A stretch of 40,508 bases of DNA from Abditibacteriaceae bacterium. GTDB taxonomy: Bacteria; Armatimonadota; Abditibacteriia; Abditibacteriales; Abditibacteriaceae. The translations under genes were made by a program, and so were the position numbers. The stretch is from assembly GCA_031372065.1 (NCBI GenBank), contig JANMKN010000010.1, positions 1 through 40,508 on the forward strand, read 5' to 3'. Numbering within the stretch: the stretch's first letter is position 1; each line of letters opens with the position of its first letter. Below are positions 1 through 8,005 of the stretch, one piece after another. The notes beneath the pieces were generated by a model. It made no database searches and was not told where the DNA came from. It was given only the letters and a program-made list of their open reading frames with translations.

Positions 1-38
1 TCGCCAATGAGACAATGGCGCAAAGTGGCAATTTAGTT

Positions 39-84
39 CCCTCTCCCCAGCGAAGCGTTCGGGGGAGAGGGTTAGGGTGAGGGG
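39..84. repeat. REP-like palindromic element (CCCTCTCCCC...GGGGAGAGGG-TTAGGGTGAGGGG)
   Basis: Hairpin ccctctcccc/ggggagaggg; a related copy lies in inverted orientation at 40465-40508. Confidence 0.7.
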
Positions 85-174
85 TGCGAGTGACGCAGTC
101 ACTCTTTCCAGCGCCACCCATTAACTCCATGCCATTGGGCGCCAGCCCCGCTCTTTATCTTGCTATTTATATTC

Positions 175-951
175 CTACACGTTGGGTAATATCGTGACGC
201 GGCAACCGCTTTCCAATTTTGCCTGCACGCGCCCGCGAAAAGTGCCTTGGTGCGGGTTGCAATCGCGGAAATCGCGCCCGATGGCGACAGGAAGACAGTC
301 GCTTCCTACTTCTCGATTATGCGTCGGGTCGAAAGCGCGCCATTGATTTTCGATAAGCACTTCACCCCACGCGTGCATTCGTCCTTCGCCGGGCATATAA
401 CCCGAAACATAACGTGCGGGCAGGGCAATGGCGCGACAAAGCGCGATCATTAAATGCGCGTAATCCTGACAAACGCCTGCGCCACGCAAGAGCGACTGTG
501 AAGCTGTAGTTTCAAGGCCGCTCACAGTCGCATCATAGCGCAAGGCATTGTGCGAAAATTCGCAGATTGGCGCGGCGTCTTCTTTTTTGAAGCGCGCCGC
601 GTGTCTTTGAATCTCAGCGCCCAAATCGCAGAGCGCCGAAGGCAATACAAAAGCGCCGAGGCCGGTTTCGGGAAGGTCAAGGGCAGAACCCCCAACCCGC
701 TTGGCAAGGGGATTGGGGGGGGCTGTCATAGCAAGATTCAATTCAAACAAAAACTCGCGCTCGATTCTTGCATGGCGCAATTCCAAAACGCGATTGCCAA
801 ACTCATCGAAAAATTCGCGCGATTCGTCTGGTTGGGGCGAACAATGCCACGTTTCGCTTTGCGTTTCGTGTGGCAAAACGCGCAGGCGCCGGATGCAATT
901 TTGCACCGGCGCCGAATAACTGACGCGCAGTTTTTTCTCGACGACAAACAT
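175..951 (-). CDS. Transglutaminase-like family protein (bacterial N-terminal domain plus Cys-His-Asp core)
   Basis: GVCQDYAH, ARYVSGY, HAW and FDPT motifs; ATG abuts the gltX stop (TAAATG). Confidence 0.92.
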   Translation of the reverse strand: MFVVEKKLRVSYSAPVQNCIRRLRVLPHETQSETWHCSPQPDESREFFDEFGNRVLELRHARIEREFLFELNLAMTAPPNPLAKRVGGSALDLPETGLGAFVLPSALCDLGAEIQRHAARFKKEDAAPICEFSHNALRYDATVSGLETTASQSLLRGAGVCQDYAHLMIALCRAIALPARYVSGYMPGEGRMHAWGEVLIENQWRAFDPTHNREVGSDCLPVAIGRDFRDCNPHQGTFRGRVQAKLESGCRVTILPNV

Positions 952-2454
952 TTATTTCGCCAAACGGCGCAAAACGCGCTCACGTCCGAGGATTTCCAGC
1001 AAATGAAAAATCGAAGGGCCGACGGTGCGGCCTGAAACGGCCATACGCGAGGGGTGGATTAGTTCCGCCGGTTTGATGCCCAGTTCTTCGGCCAAACCGC
1101 GCAAAGTGCCTTCGATGGCTTCGACTGTCCAATCGGGCAAGGCTTCCAATCGCGCGGCGAATTGCGCCAAACGCGGGCGTGAAACATCGGTTAAGTGCTT
1201 GGCCCCAGCTTCGTCCACGCCATAATCGTCGGTGAAAAAATAGTTGGCGGCGCGTCCGAAATCGGTGTCGAAATGTGCCAGCTTTTGCATTTTGCCGTCG
1301 TCTCCGGTGATTTCCTCCCACGAAACGTTGGTGCGCACTCGTTCGCGCGCCGCTTCGATGGCGTTTTTTGCGTAATCGTCCATTTCAAAGGGCGGCAATT
1401 GTGGTTTGACGAGTTCGATAAATTGGTTGAGCGGCATCGCTTTTAAATGTTCGGTGTTGATGTGCGCCAATTTTTCAGGGTCGAAAATTGCCGCTGCTTT
1501 ATTGACGCGTTCGAGCGTGAATTTTTCTTCCAATTCGGCGCGCGAAAAGATTTCCTGCGTGTCGCCTTCACCGGGATTCCAGCCCAAAAGCGCCAAATAA
1601 TTGAACATCGCATCCGGCAAAATGCCTTCGCTCTTGTAATACAAAACATTGATGGCACCGTGCCGCTTCGAGAGCTTTTTGCGGTCGGGGCCGAGCAAAA
1701 ACGGCAGATGCACGAATTGCGGAATCTCGAAGCCGAGCGCCTGATAAATAAGCAGTTGGCGCGGCGTGTTGTTGATGCCGTCTTCGCCGCGCATGACGTG
1801 CGAAATTTGCATCAGCGCGTCGTCAATCACGCAGGCGAAATTGTAAGTGGGCGAGCCGTCGCTTTTCATCAAAACGAAATCGTCCAGTTCGGTGTTTTTC
1901 ACTTTGATGTCGCCATAAGCCACGTCGCTCCAGCCGGTTTCTCCGGCGGGCGTGAGGAAGCGCACCACGGCTTTGCGGCCTTCATTTTCGTAAGCGGCGC
2001 GCTGCTCTTCGGTCAAATTGCGGTGCGCGCCATTGTAGCGCGGCGCTGCTTTGCGCGCAGCTTGTTCGGCTTTCATCGCCGTCAATTCATCGCCGGTTTC
2101 GTAGGCTTTGTAGGCCTTGCCGGACGCGATGAGTTCATCGGCGTATTTCTGGTAAATCTCGAAGCGTTCGCTTTGCCGATAAGGGCCAAATTCGCCGCCC
2201 TGATGCGGGCCTTCATCCACCGAAAGGCCCAGCCACGCCATACCGTCGTAAATGACTTGCTCATAATCGGCATTGCTGCGCTGCAAATCGGTGTCTTCGA
2301 TGCGCAGCACCAATTTGCCGCCGGGTGCCCTCTGGGCAGAATGTTTGGCAAAAAGATAATTAAAAAGCGCGGTGCGCGCCGTGCCGACATGAAAAAAGCC
2401 GGTTGGCGAAGGCGCCATGCGCACGCGAATGGGTTTGTTATTGTTGGAATTCAT
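952..2454 (-). CDS. gltX: Glutamate--tRNA ligase
   Basis: RMAPSPTGFFHVG (HIGH), LRIEDTD, KLSKR (KMSKS) and C-terminal anticodon domain; ATG 2454 preferred to GTG 2463. Confidence 0.97.
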   Translation of the reverse strand: MNSNNNKPIRVRMAPSPTGFFHVGTARTALFNYLFAKHSAQRAPGGKLVLRIEDTDLQRSNADYEQVIYDGMAWLGLSVDEGPHQGGEFGPYRQSERFEIYQKYADELIASGKAYKAYETGDELTAMKAEQAARKAAPRYNGAHRNLTEEQRAAYENEGRKAVVRFLTPAGETGWSDVAYGDIKVKNTELDDFVLMKSDGSPTYNFACVIDDALMQISHVMRGEDGINNTPRQLLIYQALGFEIPQFVHLPFLLGPDRKKLSKRHGAINVLYYKSEGILPDAMFNYLALLGWNPGEGDTQEIFSRAELEEKFTLERVNKAAAIFDPEKLAHINTEHLKAMPLNQFIELVKPQLPPFEMDDYAKNAIEAARERVRTNVSWEEITGDDGKMQKLAHFDTDFGRAANYFFTDDYGVDEAGAKHLTDVSRPRLAQFAARLEALPDWTVEAIEGTLRGLAEELGIKPAELIHPSRMAVSGRTVGPSIFHLLEILGRERVLRRLAK

Positions 2455-2546
2455 TGCGCGCACAGTTTATCTAAATTAGGCGTCGTATTATGTTTCGAAG
2501 CAGGCCCGCGTGCTATGCTTTTCTGCGAACTCACATTTTAACGCAC

Positions 2547-3653
2547 ATGAATTCCAAAATTGTCTCTGCTTTGCGGCCCTGGCTGGTGTTGGTCTTGGTT
2601 TGCGGCGCTTTTTCGCTGCATCCAGGCTTTTTGCACACCTTTTGGACGCGCGATTATTTGCCGACCATCGCGCAGCAGGCGGCGACCAATGTCATTTTAG
2701 CAGTTGGCCTGACTTTTGTGATTTTAACGGGCGGCATTGATTTATCGGTTGGTTCGGTTTTGGCCTTGTGCGGCGTGGCTTTGGGGCTTTCGCTCAAAGG
2801 CGGCGTGCCGCCGTTTTTGGCGATGCTCATGGCGCTACCGCTTGGCGTAGGCGTTGCTTTTTTCGTCTCGAAATTAACAATGCGCGATCATCGCGACAAC
2901 AAAATCTCGACGGTAATAAGCGGCGCTTGCGGCTTGATAATCACGGCAGTTTGCGGTTTTCTCTTCGCTCGTTCCTTAGCGAGCGGACAAAGTTTAATTA
3001 TCGCGCTCGGTGCGACGGTTTTAGTCGGCATCGCCTGCGGTTTTATCAATGGCGCGGTGATTGCGTGGGCAAATGTGCCGCCCTTTGTGGTGACTTTGGG
3101 AATGTTCACCGCCGCGCGCGGTCTGACGGTTTACGCCACAGATGGACAAAGCGTTTCTGAATTGCCGCCGCAACTGGGACAGTTCGGACAAGGCACGGGG
3201 CTGGTTTCGATTGCGCTGTTTGTCATCGTGTGCGGCGCGATTCTGCAAATGAAAACCGTCGCAGGCCGCTATATTCAGGCGCTTGGCTCGAATGAACAAG
3301 CGGCGCGTTTGTCGGGCGTGAATGTCGAAAGATATAAAGCGTTGGCCTATGTTTTATCGGGCCTGACCGCCGCGATTGCCGCCATTGTTTTGACAGCGAA
3401 GTTTGGAGTCGCCGATACCGGTGCGGGCACGGGCGCCGAATTAAATGCCATCGCCGCTGTAGTGATTGGCGGCACCAGTTTAAGCGGCGGGCGCGGCAGC
3501 GTTGTGGGCAGTTTGGTCGGCGCTTTAACCATTGCCGTGCTTAATTCGGGTCTGGTTTTGGTGCAGGTGCCCGACACCTTGCAAGGCGTTATTATCGGCG
3601 TTGTAATTGTCGTTATTGTGGTCGTGGATCAATTGCAAAAAGGAAAATCATGA
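2547..3653 (+). CDS. Sugar ABC transporter permease (RbsC-like)
   Basis: TGGIDLSVGS, PPFVVTLG, GSNEQAARLSG, ELNAIAAVVIGGTSLSGG. Confidence 0.93.
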   Translation: MNSKIVSALRPWLVLVLVCGAFSLHPGFLHTFWTRDYLPTIAQQAATNVILAVGLTFVILTGGIDLSVGSVLALCGVALGLSLKGGVPPFLAMLMALPLGVGVAFFVSKLTMRDHRDNKISTVISGACGLIITAVCGFLFARSLASGQSLIIALGATVLVGIACGFINGAVIAWANVPPFVVTLGMFTAARGLTVYATDGQSVSELPPQLGQFGQGTGLVSIALFVIVCGAILQMKTVAGRYIQALGSNEQAARLSGVNVERYKALAYVLSGLTAAIAAIVLTAKFGVADTGAGTGAELNAIAAVVIGGTSLSGGRGSVVGSLVGALTIAVLNSGLVLVQVPDTLQGVIIGVVIVVIVVVDQLQKGKS

Positions 3654-4678
3654 AACGAATTTTGGTGTGCGGCGCGTTGGCTTTAAGCCTTGCCGGTTGC
3701 AACAGTGGAACGGAAAAAACAGAAGTCAGCAGCGCTCCATCACCTTCGAGTGCGCCTTCAAGTGCGCCGCCTGTGGCAGTGCAAAGCACCAGCGTCACCA
3801 CAGCGGAACTGGACAAAATCGTCAAGCCCAAAGAGGTTTATAAATTGGCGCTTGTGGTGAAAACGCGCAACAATCCCTTTTTCTCGCCGATGATTAAAGA
3901 GGCCGAAAGCGAAGCCAAAAAACTGGGCATGATTCTCGAAGTTCAAGCGCCCGCGCAGGAAACCGACAAAGAAAAACAGTTCGCCATCGTGCAAGATTTA
4001 ACGGCGCGCAAAGTGGACGCGATTCTTATCGCGCCCGCCGATTCCAAAGCTATCGTGCCCGCCTTGAAAAAAGCCGAAGACGCGGGCATTACGGTGATTA
4101 ACCTCGACAATCGCGTGGACGCTGCCGCCGCTAAAACGGGCGGCTTGAAACCGCTGTCGTATGTCGGCGCCGACAACGAAGCGGGCGGCAAAATCGCGGG
4201 CAAAGCGATGCTCAAAGCCTTGAATAACAAGGGCAAAGTGGCGGTTTTGGAAGGCATTCGCGGCGCCGATAACGCCGAAGCGCGCAAACGCGGTTTTCAA
4301 AGCGCCGTGAAAGATAAATTGGAAATCGTCGCGTCCGAAAGCGCCAACTGGGACACGCAGCAGGCTTACAATAAAACGCAGTCCATTTTAGCCGCTCATT
4401 CGGATGTGCAAGGCCTCTTTTGCGCCAATGATAAAATGGCGCTCGGCGCCATGAAAGCCATCGCCGAAGCGGGCAAAAAGGGAAAGGTCGTCGTGATTGG
4501 CTACGATAACATTCCCGATGTGAAACCGTATCTGCAAAGCGGCGAAATGAAAGCGACGATTGACCAGCATCCCGATTCGATGGGCGGCTACGGCGTCAAA
4601 ATGGCCGTCGGCGCACTCACCAAAACCGCGCCTGCAGGCCGCGAATTATTGGTGCCGCTGCAAGTAATCACGAAATAG
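3650..4678 (+). CDS. Sugar ABC transporter substrate-binding lipoprotein (RbsB-like)
   Basis: Lipobox LAGC, NNPFF, VGADN, ANDKMALGA; ATGA overlap with the permease. Confidence 0.93.
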   Translation: MKRILVCGALALSLAGCNSGTEKTEVSSAPSPSSAPSSAPPVAVQSTSVTTAELDKIVKPKEVYKLALVVKTRNNPFFSPMIKEAESEAKKLGMILEVQAPAQETDKEKQFAIVQDLTARKVDAILIAPADSKAIVPALKKAEDAGITVINLDNRVDAAAAKTGGLKPLSYVGADNEAGGKIAGKAMLKALNNKGKVAVLEGIRGADNAEARKRGFQSAVKDKLEIVASESANWDTQQAYNKTQSILAAHSDVQGLFCANDKMALGAMKAIAEAGKKGKVVVIGYDNIPDVKPYLQSGEMKATIDQHPDSMGGYGVKMAVGALTKTAPAGRELLVPLQVITK

Positions 4679-4713
4679 CGAGCGATAAACCCGCTTTTCC
4701 CGTTTCACGCACC

Positions 4714-4748
4714 AAAAAGCGCGCCTCTCACTTGAGAAGCGCGCTTTT
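4714..4748. terminator. Bidirectional intrinsic terminator
   Basis: aaaaagcgcgcctctca-ct-tgagaagcgcgctttt between convergent genes; near-identical inverted copy at 20991-21026. Confidence 0.8.
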
Positions 4749-4823
4749 CGCTGTATCAGTCGCCACACAAATTGGTAAAAAGAGAACCCTTGATAACATA
4801 GTCTGTTGTTGGGCTGCGTGTTA

Positions 4824-5321
4824 TCACGCTCGTGCTTCTATGCTTTGGATGAACTCTGTTTTAGCTGCGGCATAATCATTCACATCCTTCCATTCTTGTT
4901 CAGCCAACTTGCGTTTGAGCATGGCATATTCCGCCGCGACGTTTGGATGTGCTTTGAGGTAATCTCGAAACGAAAGGTGCCTGTTCCAGAACTCACTGTT
5001 GAGTGCAACCATGTGGATTTGGTGAGTGCGGACGCCTGCGTTCTCCTTCCTAAAGAAGCGTCTGAATGGCATGTCCACTTCAAACTGCGAACAATACTCG
5101 TAGCCTAAGGACTGAACGTGCAACACCAAGCCATCAGCCTGAGTGAAATCTGTTAACCCCACCATGATGTCAATGATTGGCTTTGCTGCCAAATCGGGAA
5201 CTGAAGTGCTTCCAATGTGTTCAACCATTGCTGAAGAAGGCAAGATTTGTTGGAGCCGCGTCTTTTCCTCCTCGAACATCTGCGACCAAGCAGACGAGTA
5301 TTCGACTATAGTGACTTTCAT
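4824..5321 (-). CDS. GrpB family protein (nucleotidyltransferase-like)
   Basis: EHIGSTSVPDLAAKPIIDI, FRDYL, YAMLKRKLA, YAAAKTEFI. Confidence 0.93.
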   Translation of the reverse strand: MKVTIVEYSSAWSQMFEEEKTRLQQILPSSAMVEHIGSTSVPDLAAKPIIDIMVGLTDFTQADGLVLHVQSLGYEYCSQFEVDMPFRRFFRKENAGVRTHQIHMVALNSEFWNRHLSFRDYLKAHPNVAAEYAMLKRKLAEQEWKDVNDYAAAKTEFIQSIEARA

Positions 5322-5438
5322 ACTTCAACTTTTAGCACGCAGCCAAGCCGCGCGCAACCGCCCAACTCTGAATTAAACCGCAGTTTTGCGGTGCCGATTA
5401 TATAGTCCCGCGCAGAAAAACCCTCGTGCCCTACGCCG

Positions 5439-5669
5439 GGGGGACGCTAATTTGTTCTGGGGGAGTGTTCCCCTTTTGTAGGGGAGTGTTCCCCTTTCGT
5501 GGGGGAGTGCTCCCCTTTTGTAGGGGAAGGCTCCCCTTTTGCGGGGGAGTGCTCCCCTTTTGCAGGGGAGTGTTCCCCTTTTGTAGGGGAACACTGCCCT
5601 TTTGTAGGGGAAGGCTCCCCTTTTCAAGGGGAACGCTAATTTTCGGCAGGGGAAGCGGTTTTTTTCAAA
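5439..5669. repeat. 21-bp tandem array A (consensus GGGGAGTGYTCCCCTTTTGYA); 8 core units plus ~3 degenerate edge units
   Basis: Core units start at 5460, 5481, 5502, 5523, 5544, 5565, 5586, 5607; each is a GGGGA-N4-TCCCC hairpin followed by a T-tract. Confidence 0.97.
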
Positions 5670-5746
5670 ATTTGGCGAAATTTTGAAAAAATTGGTGATT
5701 TTTTTCAAAAAAAGGCGGTTTTTTTGTCATTTTGGGCCTGAAAAAT

Positions 5747-5774
5747 TTGACTTTTCAAAAAAGTGATTTACAAT
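5747..5774 (+). promoter_or_regulatory. Putative sigma70 promoter of the 236-aa orphan gene
   Basis: TTGACT-N16-TACAAT; AGGAGG RBS at 5807-5812. Confidence 0.6.
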
Positions 5775-5824
5775 AGAGAGTCTCTTCCAAAAAAGAGACC
5801 ATTTTCAGGAGGTTTGTTTATTTT

Positions 5825-6535
5825 ATGCCCAAGACTGTGACTTACGATTACCTTCCCAGTGAAGAAGGGCTACGCGCAGCGTGGCTGAACACCTTCGCCG
5901 AGCGTCTGGCCGCGTATGCGACGACGCTGGGCGTCAGCAGTGCGGACGTGAATTATTTGGTCGCCATAGCCGCCGCTTACAGCTATGCGGTCTACAGCCT
6001 GACCAGCGCATTGCGCAATCTGTCCAGAGCGGTCACTCTTTTCAAAGACAACTTTGAAGGAGATCGCACACCCGACCCGTTGGCGTTTCCGGTGCTGACT
6101 TTGCCCCAACCGCCCATCGCGCCCGTCGGCGTGAATTTGCAAACCGGCGTGTTCATCTGGATTAACGATTTGGTGAACAAGATTCGCAAATCGCCCAATT
6201 ACACCGAGGCTATCGGCATTGATTTGGGCATTGTAGCATCGCCCAAGCCGCCGATTGCGCTCAAAGGCCGCATCACCAAACTCGAAGCGTTTCCCGGCAG
6301 CGAAGTGGACATTTCGTTTGTGCGTCATGGTGCCAAGATGGCTATCATCGAAAGCAAACGCGGCAACGGCGATTGGGAAGTTCTGGATAAAATCGCCGCC
6401 AGTTCGTATGAAGATAATCGCCCGCCTCTGGTCGCCGGACAACCCGAAGTGCGCATTTATCGGATTCGCCTGAGCGACGGCAAAAACGCCTTCGGTGACT
6501 ACTCCGACGAAATGAGTATCAGCACCAAGGTGTAA
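5825..6535 (+). CDS. Array-associated hypothetical protein 1 (predicted helical N-domain, Pro-rich linker, FN3/Ig-like C-domain); paralogue of 28801-29526
   Basis: Strong RBS and terminator; shared motifs DYLPS..G.RA.WLN.F, L.TG.F, NYT..IG..L.I, R.Y..R.SDG.N..G..SD. Confidence 0.88.
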   Translation: MPKTVTYDYLPSEEGLRAAWLNTFAERLAAYATTLGVSSADVNYLVAIAAAYSYAVYSLTSALRNLSRAVTLFKDNFEGDRTPDPLAFPVLTLPQPPIAPVGVNLQTGVFIWINDLVNKIRKSPNYTEAIGIDLGIVASPKPPIALKGRITKLEAFPGSEVDISFVRHGAKMAIIESKRGNGDWEVLDKIAASSYEDNRPPLVAGQPEVRIYRIRLSDGKNAFGDYSDEMSISTKV

Positions 6536-6547
6536 GGTGTAAAACAT

Positions 6548-6586
6548 AAAAAAGTCCGTCCCGAAATTTTCGGGACGGACTTTTTT
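6548..6586. terminator. Intrinsic terminator
   Basis: aaaaaagtccgtcccgaaa-t-tttcgggacggactttttt. Confidence 0.88.
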
Positions 6587-6620
6587 GTTGCGCTTTGTTC
6601 TTTGGTAGGAGACTAAAGGA

Positions 6621-6700
6621 GCGGGGCTAACGCCCTCTTCCAAACGAGTTGATCCCTCTTAGTCTGCGACTGCCCGTTTGGAAGAGGGCGTTAGCCCCGC
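6621..6700. repeat. 26-bp perfect inverted repeat (REP doublet-like)
   Basis: gcggggctaacgccctcttccaaacg (6621-6646) and its reverse complement (6675-6700). Confidence 0.9.
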
Positions 6701-6722
6701 AAATAGTTTGCGCCTCAATAAT

Positions 6723-7994
6723 TTACTTTTTCACATCGTAGCACCAAAGCGTGCCCAGTTCGCGGATGAACAAGCGGCCATTGGCGACTACGGGATAAGC
6801 CCACGCTTTGCTGCGGCCCCGTTCGGGCGGGTTGGGCGAGGCGAAACGGCCTTTTTCTTGATAACTTTCGGGCGTGGCGGCCACTAAAGCGACTTCGCCG
6901 TTTTCGCCGTGCAAATAAAGGCGATTATCGGCGTAGCAAAGCGAAGCGGCACCAACGGCTGGGTTTTCCCATTTAATCTCGCCGTTTTTAAAGTTCACGC
7001 ACAACAGCGCCGAATTGGTGGTGCCATACAGGTAATCCCCGACCAAAACCGCGCCGCCCATAGCGACAGGCATTTTGCGCGCGAAGTATTTTTCTTCGGT
7101 GGAAAATGTTTCTGGCCCACCTTTAATTTGCGCCAAGCCGCCGCCGGTTAAACCTGTCGCCGAATAAACCATATCGCCGCTCACAACCGGCGTTTGAATG
7201 CTGCCGCCGATGCGCTTATCGGCGGTTCTATCGTAAAGCCAGAGCCTTTTTCCGGTTTTGGCTTCGACGCCAACCACGCCTTTTTGCAGGAACTGAATAT
7301 ATTGCTTTACGCCGCCCATTTGCGCGATGACAATGGAAGAATAATTGGCCTCGCCCGCTTCGGGCATCGCTGATTTCCAGATTGTCTCGCCGGTTTTTTT
7401 GTTTAACGCGATCATCGTTGATTCCGCGCCGCCGGGCGTGACAATTAAAGCATCGCCATCAACCAAAGGCGATTCGGAATAAGCCCAAACGCCAACTTTG
7501 CCGCCGAAATCGGTGCGCACGTTTTTCTGCCAAATCACTTTGCCCGTTGCGTTTTCGAGGCAAGCCAAATCGCCATCCGAACCCAGCACATAAACGAAAT
7601 CGCCGTCAATGGTTGGCGTCGAACGCGCACCGGGATAGTTGGGATTCTGCTGCGGGTTGCCGACTTTGCCGATGCGCGTTGACCACACGATTTTGCCATC
7701 GGCGACATTATAAGCACGGGCGAATTCGCTGTCGTTGCCTTCGTTGCTCATCAAATAAAGTCGCGGGCCGCTGACGGCGGGGGTGCTGAAACCATAGCCA
7801 ATATCGCTACTTTGCCACAACAATTTCGGCCCGGCAGCGGGCCATTCTTGCAATAGGCCGGTTTCCTGCGAAATGCCATCGCGGTTTGGCCCGCGCCATT
7901 GCGCCCAATCATTGGCGTGAACGAGGGGCGCAAAAAACGGGGCGCCGAGCAGGGAAATTAAAACAAGAGTCTTGTGGCGATAAATGGTTTTCAT
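6723..7994 (-). CDS. Secreted PQQ-binding-like beta-propeller protein
   Basis: Signal peptide, DWAQWRGPNRDG, repeated TGK.IW motifs, WAYPVVANGRLFIR. Confidence 0.9.
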   Translation of the reverse strand: MKTIYRHKTLVLISLLGAPFFAPLVHANDWAQWRGPNRDGISQETGLLQEWPAAGPKLLWQSSDIGYGFSTPAVSGPRLYLMSNEGNDSEFARAYNVADGKIVWSTRIGKVGNPQQNPNYPGARSTPTIDGDFVYVLGSDGDLACLENATGKVIWQKNVRTDFGGKVGVWAYSESPLVDGDALIVTPGGAESTMIALNKKTGETIWKSAMPEAGEANYSSIVIAQMGGVKQYIQFLQKGVVGVEAKTGKRLWLYDRTADKRIGGSIQTPVVSGDMVYSATGLTGGGLAQIKGGPETFSTEEKYFARKMPVAMGGAVLVGDYLYGTTNSALLCVNFKNGEIKWENPAVGAASLCYADNRLYLHGENGEVALVAATPESYQEKGRFASPNPPERGRSKAWAYPVVANGRLFIRELGTLWCYDVKK

Positions 7995-8005
7995 GGTTGA
8001 AATTT

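Noticed and set aside
1447..2541. Long antisense ORFs (also 5870-6643, 27710-28513, 34804-36120)
   Set aside because: Shadows of well-supported genes, caused by GC-rich codon bias
2547..4678. ABC permease and binding protein without ATPase; lone livG at 26138-26959
   Set aside because: Split transporter operons are common and partners may be elsewhere in the genome
5373..5708. Heptad ORFs across array A (RGALPYK / GGVFPFC) and array D (KTRGVLV, 29338-29868)
   Set aside because: Open frames are expected from stop-free 21-mers; no RBS, several frames are open, and peptides are unrelated between loci
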